Shown here: positions 43,871 to 54,333 of the stretch, in pieces
Numbering within the stretch: the stretch's first letter is position 1
How the letters are laid out: the number at the start of each line of letters is the position of its first letter
Assembly (NCBI GenBank): GCA_002269645.1
Contig: NIVC01000013.1
Location: 496,001-560,000 of the forward strand
DNA from: Macrostomum lignano
Lineage: Eukaryota
Reading direction: 5' to 3'
Length of the DNA: 64,000 nt
The notes under the pieces: generated by a model
The model's database searches: none
The model's input: only the letters and a program-made list of their open reading frames with translations
Told to the model about the DNA's origin: nothing
Translations under genes and position numbers: made by a program

Positions 43871-46748
43871 ATGAGTCCGGACACCACTGCGACCGCAGTG
43901 AGTAGCAGTCTGCGCCGATTCTGCGACTACACAACTGCCCACGGACTTGGCAGATTCGGCGCACAGACCGGCAGATTCGGTCGCACAGTGTGGCTGTGCT
44001 TCCTGCTTGGCACCTACACCGGTTTCACCTATCACGTGTACACCTTGGTTGCTCATTTCGTCAGCACGCCATTGACTACTAGTCTGACCGAGTCGCTGCC
44101 TTTCAAGCTGCCAGATTTGTACTTCTGTCCGAGCGATATTGTGCCGATGAGCCGAGTGAGCAAGCCGATCGATAGCGCCTCGGTGATGCGCAGCAGCTCA
44201 TGCAATCGGATCTGCCGGGAGCGGCAGCTCGAGTTCGATATTGAGGAAGACTTTGAGGCTGGCAATGGCAGCAAGAAGACGAAATTCAGCGACGCCGCAA
44301 TGGCTCTCTCGGACGCGTTCATAGCTGCGGAGGAGGCGCTGGTGCAGGCGATGGTGTTTAAAAGCTCGGGTGAGCGGCAGATTGATATCCACCTACCGAT
44401 ATGTAGCGTAAGTAGTTATAGAGTAGAATGTTCAACGTTAGACTACATGTATTTACAGGTGCTAGTGACTTTATTTAGTTAATTTTAATTCCAAAGTCTT
44501 TAAGGCAGAATAGCTCAGCGGTTGACGCTTTCGACTCTCGCGCCGAAAGGCCCGGGTTCGAATCCGCGCGCTATCAAAGATTAATTTGAATAATTTGAGA
44601 AAATTAGACTGGGTGCTTGTACGATACTTGCGCATCAAGGCGACAGAGGACAGTGCGTGCTCAGGGGTCAGTGGGATTGCCACGACTGCTCACATTCTCG
44701 CCTGTCCTCCGTCGCCTTGGAACTGCCGCACTGCTCAAAGGCATTAATTATTTGGAAACGGGGCACCTTGAAGTCTTGATTTTGACAAAAATATTAATAT
44801 GACAGCCAAGTATTAGTAGTAATAACAATTTTCACTTGTTTGTTCGGTGTAAAATACCGATATGTATCGAAAAAATATTTCGTAAAAAATTTCAAAATAA
44901 CTTATCCGTATAACTCATTGTGGTTTACCGCCGATATGTATAGTAATACACTTTATAAAGGGTTTATTTTGCTTTCGCTACGCAGCACATCCCAGCCAAT
45001 GTCGAACCACAGTCGCCGGTGAAGAGTACACTGGCAACCGCAGCTGGGCAGTGGTGTACTCCTCCAGCTACCTGCCCGTGTCATCAGGCACAGATGTCGC
45101 CGCCGCCAACGCCAAGCCGTTCTCAAATCGAGTGGCCTGCATTTCTTGGAATTCGGCCGCTCGAAAATTATTATCAAATTCGAACTATACTACTGAAGGT
45201 AATTCGACACTGAACTCTGATTCTATGCGACTCGCTTATCGTCTGCTGGCTTTGAATTTGTCGGAAAACGACAACCGATGTCGACAACCAGTGGGTTTGC
45301 CACTGACAGAGTTTTACGGCATCGCCATTCGTAAGTGTGCAAAGTTTATAGACTAATTTATAACAACCAGGGGTACTTTTAAGCGTCTGTTGGCACTAAG
45401 TTGATAGTAGCATACCCAACCCCATAGACACCACCCTTATAATCCCCGTATCACATAGACACCACCCTTATAATCCCCGTATCCTATAGACACCACCCTT
45501 ATAATCCTCGTATCCCATAGACGCCACCCTTATAATCCCGATATCCCATAGACACTACCCTTATAATCCTCGTATCCCATAGACACCACCCTTATAATCC
45601 CCGTATTCCATAGACACCACCCTTATAATCCCGATATCCCATAGACATCGCCTTTATAATCCCCATCTCCCATATACTTTACAACCCCATAGACACACAT
45701 ATAAAGTCAATAGGTGTACATCAACAAGGCATTAAAAGTATTTTAATGGCATTGAAACCGATGTATTTTAACAATCACCAACTGGACTAACAGACCCAAT
45801 AAAGGTGTACGCTGGTTGCTACAGCAGCTCTTTCATAAGCACCGCATTTTTCGATCAATGCACGTTTGATCTAAACCTGCTGACGCAAGAGCTATGCGCC
45901 GAATGCTGTTATAAAAAACGTTATACTCACATGGGTCTCTATTGGAATCAGTGCGTTTGCGGAAATGCAACCCTGGCTTTGAGTACCAGCAGTTGGGTCA
46001 TGTCAAGTGACGAGAGTCAATGCTTCGACTCGTGTCCTGGCAACGAGAGTCAGGTGTGCGGCGGCTTTATAGAATTTGCTAGCGTCTATCAACTGCGCAA
46101 CAAAGGTGATTTTCCTTCTCTTGTGGTTTCTGCTAAGAAATTACAAAGCGACATGACAGAGCGTGAGGTGGGTGTAACTGTACACTGCGGTGTAGAGAGT
46201 AAGCTATTAGTAGAACATCGAAGAGAGGTAATCACCATAGGCGTGAGGTGGGTGTAACTGTACACTGCGGGGTAGAGAAGTGAGCTATTAATAGAACAAC
46301 GAAGAGAGGTAATCCCCATAGGCGTGAGGTGGGTGTAACTGTACACTGCGGGGTAGAGAAGTAGAGAATTAATAGAACAACGAAGAGAGGTAATCCCCAT
46401 AGGCGTGAGGTGGTTGTAACTGTACACTGCGGGGTAGAGAAGTAGAGAATTAATAGAACAACGAAGAGAGGCAAGCTTCATGGGCTTGAAGTGTGATTAC
46501 GCGTATCAAGGAATACGAGCGTATCTAGTGATAGAGAAGCAATTGAACCAGTGTGGATTGAGTTTTGTACATAGAGAATTCACTTATTCTTTAAACACAC
46601 GTAGAAAGCGCGCCCCTGCGGATACCGTTCCGAATGTCGCTGCCAAGTTTCAACGCCGGGCCCTACTGTTTCTATCTAGACAGCGACAATGTGAATGAAT
46701 TGTCGGCTACCTATTGCAATGTTCCCTATTGCAGTGAGTGTAATTTTA

Positions 46749-46801
<53 letters not shown>

Positions 46802-48430
46802 CAATCCTTCAAGCGCTTGACAACGCCGAACTTGACTGCCTTCGCACTGACGCAAAAGGCGATGTTGGCAGTGTTGAAGTGAGCCGATACACTGGCCAGC
46901 TGGTCAGCTCAGGTGCTATCAACGAGGACGCGGGTAGCAACAAGGACAAGAATACTTGCCAGCCGTGGACTTTAGTGAAGCAGCAACTAGAAGCTGGGCT
47001 TTGGAAATACCCGATTAGATTGAGCGGTGCTGGTTTTAGTAAGTATATTTAGTACATAGGATAAGCCTATATAGGATAAGCCTTATGAAAGTTTATACCA
47101 AGAATAGCTACTATGTATATACTAACTACAATACTAATTATCCATTCGTTTAGATTCGACCTCGATGCTCGTAACTGCGGTTACCATAGAAACGGCCGAC
47201 TACGATTTGCATAGCATCAATAGCGGAGCCTATTGCCGCGCTGCTAGGGTTGTTTTGGATTATAAGCAAATCGCTCACAGTGGAACGTTTTCTTTTGGGT
47301 GAGCTGAACTGGTGACTGGGGGCGGAAAGCTGCTAAATGAGGGAGCGGAAAGCTGCTTAATGGGGGCGGAAAAGTGCTACACAGGAGCGGAAGACTGCTT
47401 GATGAGGGCGGAAGACAGCTAAATAGGGCCTGAAGACAGCTAAATGGGGGCGGAAGACAGCTTGATGGGGAGCGGAAAACAACTTGATGGGGGCGGAAGA
47501 CAGCTTGATGGGGGCGGAAGACAGCATGATGAGAGGGGGGGGCGGAAGACAGCTTGATGGGGGGCGGAAGACAGCATGATGGAGGGGGGCGGAAGACAGC
47601 ATGATGGAGGGGGGCGGAAGACAGCTGATGGAGGGGGGCGGAAGACAGCTGATGGGGAGCGGAAGACAACTTGATGGGGGCGGAAGACAGCTTGATGGGG
47701 GGCGGAAGACAGCTTGATGGGAGGGGGGCGGAAGACAGCATGATGGAGGGGGGCGGAAGACAGCTGATGGAGGGGGGCGGAAGACAGCTGATGGGGAGCG
47801 GAAGACAACTTGATGGGGGCGGAAGACAGCTTGATGGGGGGCGGAAGACAGCTTGATGGGAGGGGGGGCGGAAGACAGCATGATGGAGGGGGGCGGAAGA
47901 CAGCATGATGGGGGGCAGAAGACAAATCGATGGGGGGCGGAAGACAGCTTGATGGGGTAGGGCAGAAGACAGCTTGATGGGGTAGGGCGGAAGACAGCTT
48001 GATGGGGTAGGGCGGAAGACAGCTTGATCGGGGGCGGAAGACAGCTTGATCGGGGGCGGAAGACAGCTTGATGGGGTAGGGCGGAAGACAGCTTGATGGG
48101 GGGCGGAAGACAGCCTGCAGCAGTAATAAAGACTAATAGATAAGAAACGAACCGTTGTCCACTGCCTGCTTTCAGGCGGCTCGAAGTGGCATCACCAAAC
48201 AGCCCCGTGTGCCCCACAGAGACCAACAAATTCGTGGCGTTTGAGAACTGCATCTGGATCAAGGCTTGTCGTGAGTTGAGGCTTTTACTTGTTGCGGAGA
48301 GTGTAAGATGGGGAAAAAAAGAGAGGAGAGAGAGATGAGAGGAGAGGAGAGAGGAGAGAAGAGAGGAGAGACAAGAGAGGAGAGACAAGAGAGGAGAGAC
48401 AAGAGAGGAGAGACAAGAGAGGAGAGAGAG

Positions 48431-48462
<32 letters not shown>

Positions 48463-51400
48463 GAGAGGAGAGAGAGAGGAGAGAGAGAGGAGAGGAGAGA
48501 GGAGAGGAGAGAGAGAGGAGAGGAGAGAGGAGAGAGAGGAGAGGAGAGAGGAGAGGAGAGGAGAGAGGAGAGAGAGGAGAGGAGAGAGGAGAGGAGAGGA
48601 GAGAGGAGAGAGAGGAGAGGAGAGAGGAGAGGAGAGGAGAGAGGAGAGAGAGGAGAGGAGAGAGGAGAGGAGAGGAGAGAGGAGAGAGAGAGAGAGGAGA
48701 GAGAAGAGACAAGAGAGGAGAGACAAGAGAGGAGAGACAAGAGAGGAGAGAGAGGAGAGAGAGAGAGGAGAGAGAGAGGAGGGAGGATACGAAAACAAGA
48801 ACGAGGGGGAGGAGAGGGGAAGAGAAATGAGAGCAGAGATGAGCGATAAATGTTGGCAAAAGTAAATGAAATAAAGGTCCAATAAAACTCAGAAATTCCA
48901 AACTTTGAACCCAAACCCTATCCAGACTCCGTCGTCCGCAGCATCGCTGGCGTTATACGCGACCGCATCGGCGGCGCCAATTTATTGCGCCAATTTGGCG
49001 CCAGCGCCAGCGCTGGAGTAATCGCTTGTTCGGTTGGCGAGGCCACCTGCAGTTCATCGGATTTTCTCACCTTGGCCCATCCGGATTTCGGACTCTGCCA
49101 TCGATTAGACAGTCGCCGGATGACCAAACTGCTCGGGCAGAGTCAGAAGCCTTCTGACGTCAGCCTCTCCGTGACCTTCTTCACTGACTCCGCAGATTCG
49201 GCCGGGCGGAGCTACGCAAATCTGACCAAGCTGAGGCACATCTTGGCTCCAGGATTGTGGCAGCAGAAGCTGGCTGGCAGCTCGGCGGCTTTGAAGGTCG
49301 GCGCGGGTAGAGGATGGCAGATAGAGATGGCAGTGAAGGTAGAGGATGGCAGATAGAGATGGCAGTGAGGGTAGAGGATGGCAGATAGAGATGGCAGTGA
49401 GGGTAGAGGATGGCAGATAGAGATGGCAGTGAGGGTAGAGGATGGCAGATAGAGATGGCAGTGAGGGTAGAGGATGGCAGATAGAGATGGCAGTGAGGGT
49501 AGAGGATGGCAGATAGAGATGGCAGTGAGGGTAGAGGATGGCAGATAGAGATGGCAGTGAGGGTAGAGGATGGCAGATAGAGATGGCAGTGAGGGTAGAG
49601 GATGGCAGATAGAGATGGCAGTGAGGGTAGAGGATGGCAGATAGAGATGGCAGTGAGGGTAGAGGATGGCAGATAGAGATGGCAGTGAGGGTAGAGGATG
49701 GCAGATAGAGATGGCAGTGAGGGTAGAGAATGGCAGATAGAGATGGCAGTGAGGGTAGAGGATGGCAGATAGAGGCTGGCAGATAGAGATGGCAGTAAGG
49801 GTAGAGGATGGCAGATAGAGATGGCAGTTGAGGGTAGAGGATGGCAGATAGAGATGGCAGTGAGGGTAGAGGATGGCAGATAGAGGCTGGCAGATAGAGG
49901 CTGGCAGATAGAGATGGCAGTAAGGGTAGAGGATGGCAGATAGAGATGGCAGTAAGGGTAGAGGATGGCAGATAGAAATGACAGTAAGGGTAGAGGATGG
50001 CAGATAGAGGCTGGCATATAGAGATGGCAGTGAGGGTAGAGGATGGCAGATAGAGATGGCAGTGAGGGTAGAGGATGGCAGATAGAGATGGCAGTGAGGG
50101 GTAGAGGGTGGCAGATAGAGATGGCAGTGATAGGTAGAGAATGGCAGATAGAGATGGCAGTGATAGGTAGAGAATGGCAGATAGAGATGGCAGTGATAAG
50201 TAGAGAATGGCAGATAGAGATGGCAGTGATAGCACAGAGCAGATGCAGCACAGCAGTCAATATCCAAAGCAACTGAGACGAACCCCTAACCAGGTAATGG
50301 TTGTCCCGGAGGGCGTGTACCCTCGGTCGCAGCAAGCCCTGACAGTGGGCCGCGGTCAGCACGTGGAACTGCGGCTTACCTACGACTCCACGGTGAGATA
50401 CCCGAAGCCGCCAGCGAGAGACTGCCAGATGGAGAAGGACAGACAAGCCGTGGTGTACGCTGTGCAGTCGTGGAATTCAACTGCCAGCAGTCAAGTGTGA
50501 GCGCTTCTTGGGGGTGTCTGAGAGTGATGAAAATTGAGGATGAGTGCGATGCTGGAGAAGGAGATTATAATGCTGATATTGGGATTATAATTATAGGATG
50601 AGATCAGAATAGGGCGAGATTAGATTGGGATCCGGTTAGAACATGGTGAGATTAGAACGGGTCAGATGAGAATGGATGAGATTAGATTTGGATGTGATGA
50701 GAATGGGTTGAGATTAGATTGGGATGAGATTAGATTGGGATGATATTACATTGGGATTAGGTTAAACTGGGATGACACCATTTTGGGATAGGATTAGAAT
50801 GGGGTGAATTAGAAGGCAATGAGACTAGAGTCGATCAAGTGAGACCATAGAGTTAATTGAGATTAGAATGGCGTGAGACTATATTGATTATTTATATTGA
50901 TAGTATAAGACCAGGTGGTTTGGCGGAGTTTCGAGACAATTAAGGATTAATAAGATTCATATGTAATCTTGACAGTAGCACAATTAACTTTGCATTAAAA
51001 ATAATTAAAATCAGCAGGGAAATCGTAAACATGACAGAAATCCGTGAGGCCACAACTTGGACTGAAAAGATTGACGCGCTGGCAAATATTCTCGCTGATC
51101 TGAACAGAAAGCGAGAAGTTAAAGAGTGAGGCATCTTTTAATTTCTGTTTGTGAAATTGTATTAAAATATGCTTTGCCCTACTAACAGTAGAAAAACAAA
51201 AAATAATCTCATAATTTCTTTTTAATGTTCTAAAAACGCTTTTCCTCTACTTTGAGTAGCTTCATGTGCATATAAAGTGTCAATAATACCCTAAAAACAG
51301 AAGTCGAATTAACAATCGGCTAATCTTCAAATCCGGCACCCAAGCCGACTGCATCGATGCTTATAAGGCGCGTCGTTTCTTAGAAAACTGCGGCTGCCTT

Positions 51401-52855
51401 CCGACGGCTCTCCTGCCGTTGCCAGCCAGCCTCATCGGTAGTTTCTGCTTCAATCAGAGTGGCGCTGGACACAATTTCACCTGGACCGAGCGTTGCCTAG
51501 CAACCGAAACAGCCAAGCTGCTGCAATACGAACATGAGGCCAGATCGAAATGCCCGCCTCCGTGCGAGACGTTAAGCTACTCCATCAGCCAGGCGGGCAG
51601 CCCGTGGCCCGGCCTAGAGCGAGAGTCGGCTGTAGGCTGGATGAAGCTGCTGGCAACGTCGCTCGGCTATCCCGATAATCCCACCGGCTCGAGGGCCATC
51701 GCCGGCATATTCGCTACTTACTTGCGCGCCGAGCGACTGTCCAGACAGCCAGCCGAAAAGAGGGATCTCAACCAGATGCTGGAGTTTCAGCAAAAACTAC
51801 TGTCGCTAGAGAGGCAATTCGCTCGTATTACTGTGAGAATTCATAGATTTTTTTCGTTTATTCTGCTGGTTCGTTTCTAAGCCATAGAGATTGAGAAAAT
51901 CAATCGGCTGTTCTCAGCCAATCAGCGATGGCTATGAGATAGAGAGAATCAATTGACCATTCTCAGCCAATTAGCGACGACTATAAGATAGAGACAATAA
52001 ATTGGCCATTCCCAGCCAATCAGTGATGACTATAAGATAGAGATACTCAATCGGCCGTTCTCAGCCAATCAGCGACGACTTTGAGATAGAGAGAATCAAT
52101 CGGCCGTTCTCAGCCAATCAGTGACGACTATGAAATAGAGATAATCAATTGGCTGTTCTCAGCCAATCAGCGACAAATTTGAGAGATAGAGAGAATCAAT
52201 CGGCCGTTCTCAGCCAATCAGAGATGACTATGAGATAGAGATAGTCAAATGACCATTCTCAGCCAATCAGCGACGACTATGAGATAGAGAGAATCAATCG
52301 GCTGTTCTTGGCCAATCAGCGGCGAGTAGGAAATAGATAGTAGAGGGAAATAATTTGCCTTCTCAGCCAATGAAAACTGATATTTCTGTAACCAATCAAG
52401 TGCAAAGAAGCAGAATGGGATATTTATGCATAACAAACATTAAATATCGATTTTTTTCGAACAGGTAACAGCGGCTCGAGAGTTCGGAGAAGAAATAGTT
52501 GAAGAGCCTGGCTACACTATCAAGGATCTGATGGCCGACATGGGAGGTGCGTATCCTTCCTTGGCCTCTGTCCACTCGTATCCAACCAATATTATCGATT
52601 ATTATTGATTTTTCAGGAGCGCTCGGTCTGTGGTCGGGGGTGTCAGTGCTAACCGCGTGCGAGCTCATCGAACTGATTGCCTACCTGGCCGGGGCAGCCG
52701 CCAACTCCCGTCTGTTGCGAGGCGCTCAATCGAAAGTGCAGGCCCAACAGGAGGCTGCTTCATCCGCTTCCGTTGCCGCCGCCGCGGCCTCGGCCACCGA
52801 CGAGTCCGAGATGATCGACAGTGCAGTCAGCCTTCAAAAGACTATTAACTTATAA
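43871..52855 (+). CDS. DEG/ENaC (amiloride-sensitive Na+ channel superfamily) subunit with kringle-like and WSC insertions; exons 43871-44369, 44986-45330, 45794-46105, 46605-46733, 46814-47038, 47154-47298, 48176-48270, 48926-49296, 50294-50496, 51301-51832, 52465-52546, 52617-52855 (3177 nt, ~1058 aa)
   Basis: N-terminal TTAHG motif, TM1 (RTVWLCFLLG), post-TM1 LPDLYFCP, IACSVGEATC..DF...HPDFGLCH, thumb cysteines, and TM2 ADMGGALGLWSGVSVLTACELIE with the GxS filter. All 11 introns are GT-AG with compatible phases and the summed length is divisible by 3. ATG sits in GCCGCCATG context. Confidence 0.88.
44504..44830 (+). mobile_element. tRNA-derived SINE-like element (or tRNA pseudogene head) in DEG/ENaC intron 1
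   Basis: A-box TAGCTCAGCGGTT at 44511 and B-box GGTTCGAATCC at 44555-44565 with tRNA spacing. Acceptor, anticodon and T stems are mismatched, so it is not a functional tRNA. Followed by ~250 nt of unique body and an AT-rich tail; 3' end approximate, no TSD found. Confidence 0.6.
45420..45690. repeat. 31-bp repeat CCCATAGACACCACCCTTATAATCCCCGTAT (channel intron 2)
   Basis: About 8 copies. Confidence 0.9.
45794..46105 (+). other. WSC carbohydrate-binding-type domain encoded by one phase 1-1 exon (312 nt)
   Basis: YAGCY...LTQELCAECC...YTHMGL..NQCVCGN...CFDSCPGNESQVCGG....SVY matches the WSC cysteine pattern. Confidence 0.88.
46160..46475. repeat. ~81-bp repeat x4 (channel intron 3)
   Basis: GCGTGAGGTGG at 46161, 46241, 46322 and 46403. 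Confidence 0.92.
46837..48269 (+). other. Kringle-like domain 2 (exons 5-7)
   Basis: LDCL...RYTG...TCQPW (exon 5), AYCRAA (exon 6) and SPVCP...ENCIWIKAC (exon 7): six cysteines in kringle order with enlarged loops. Confidence 0.65.
47330..48115. repeat. G-rich 21-23-bp repeat GGGGGCGGAAGACAGCTTGAT (channel intron 6)
   Basis: Direct reading. Confidence 0.93.
48310..48780. repeat. (GAGAG/GAGGA)n polypurine tract (channel intron 7)
   Basis: Direct reading. Confidence 0.93.
49305..50230. repeat. 32-bp minisatellite GGTAGAGGATGGCAGATAGAGATGGCAGTGAG (channel intron 8)
   Basis: About 28 copies, starting ~10 nt after the donor. Confidence 0.96.
51880..52370. repeat. ~49-bp repeat containing TTCTCAGCCAATCAG (channel intron 10)
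   Basis: About 10 diverged copies. Confidence 0.9.
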
Positions 52856-52974
52856 GCGCTGGGTGTGAATTAATAGCGTTGAACTCGTTGACTTAATTTA
52901 TATAGGTCTTAGCTAATGCGCTTATAATTTAGATAAACTATTGTCTATTAATCAATTGTTTAGATTATATTTGT

Positions 52975-53805
52975 CTGAGCACATCTGCACACAATAAATT
53001 TGTTTGAGTACATTTGCACACAATAAATGTGTCTGAGCACATCTGCACACAATAAATTTGTTTGAGTACATCTGCACACAATAAATTTGTTTGAGTACAT
53101 CTGCACACAATAAATTTGTTTGAGTACATCTGCACACAATAAATTTGTTTGAGTACATCTGCACACAATAAATTTGTTTGAGTACATCTGCACACAATAA
53201 ATTTGTTTGAGTACATCTGCACACAATAAATGTGTCTGAGTACATCTGCACACAATAAGTTTGTCTGAGTACATCTGCACACAATAAATCTGTCTGAGTA
53301 CATCTGCACACAATAAATGTGTCTGAGTACATCTGCACACAATAAATGTGTCTGAGTACATCTGCACACAATAAGTTTGTCTGAGTACATCTGCACACAA
53401 TAAATGTGTCTGAGTACATCTGCACACAATAAATGTGTCTGAGTACATCTGCACACAATAAATGTGTCTGAGTACATCTGCACACAATAAATGTGTCTGA
53501 GTACATCTGCACACAATAAATGTGTCTGAGTACATCTGCACACAATAAATGTGTCTGAGTACATCTGCACACAATAAGTTTGTCTGAGTACATCTGCACA
53601 CAATAAATGTGTCTGAGTACATCTGCACACAATAAATGTGTCTGAGTACATCTGCACACAATAAATTTGTTTGAGTACATCTGCACACAATAAATTTGTT
53701 TGAGTACATCTGCACACAATAAATGTGTCTGAGTACATCTGCACACAATAAATGTGTCTGAGTACATCTGCACACAATAAATGTGTCTGAGTACATCTGC
53801 ACACA
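52975..53805. repeat. 29-bp minisatellite TGAGTACATCTGCACACAATAAAT(T/G)TGT(T/C) downstream of the channel stop codon
   Basis: About 28 copies. Confidence 0.96.
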
Positions 53806-54333
53806 TTTAATTTGTCTAATAAAGTTCAAATTCAGACACTGCATCTGAGAAAAGACAATAATATTGCAGTGGAATGTACTCGAGTATTGAAGCGCCAAAG
53901 AAGATATTGAAGCGCCATAAATGGATGTTAAAGTGCTATGGACGACAGGTAAAATTGAATAAAACCTGGCAAATTGAAATCAATCCAGTTAAATTAAAGT
54001 TGACAGGTTCACTGTCGCGTCGTGCCTATATATGCACCGCAGCGTGACAGGATAACTTCAGAGTTGTCCACTATAAGAAGAAAAAAGGCCAGCGCTCATA
54101 TTTTGTTTCATTATTTGCCTAATCCATTTAAAGTCAAAGCGAAAATTGGGAAGAAAAGGCGTCACTGAAATTTAATTAAATTACCCGTCACTTTAGACTG
54201 CATGCAGGTTTGTTGAAATCTGTATAAATTCGCAACTCTTTACAGACCCACACAAAGCATCAAAGTTGTTCTTTTATCGAGGTCAAAAGGCAGAGGCTTT
54301 TATCCTACATCATTACAGGAACTAAGAATTGCA

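Larger units (their letters stand above)
45000..46732 (+). other. Kringle-like domain 1 (exons 2 and 4), interrupted by the WSC exon
   Basis: QCRTTVAGEEYTG...ACISW...NRCRQPVG in exon 2 and GPYCF...TYCNVPYC in exon 4 supply the six kringle cysteines and the YxG, CxxW, CRxP and PxC motifs. Confidence 0.72.

Noticed and set aside
44504-44576. Functional tRNA gene
   Set aside because: Acceptor stem has about 3 mismatches, T stem has 2, and no clean 5-bp/7-nt anticodon arm forms; kept only as a SINE or pseudogene head.
44608-44740. Extra Cys-containing (PAN-like) channel exon, e.g. GACTILAHQGDRGQCVL
   Set aside because: Lies in the SINE body, lacks a phase-compatible acceptor/donor pair, and the gene model closes without it.
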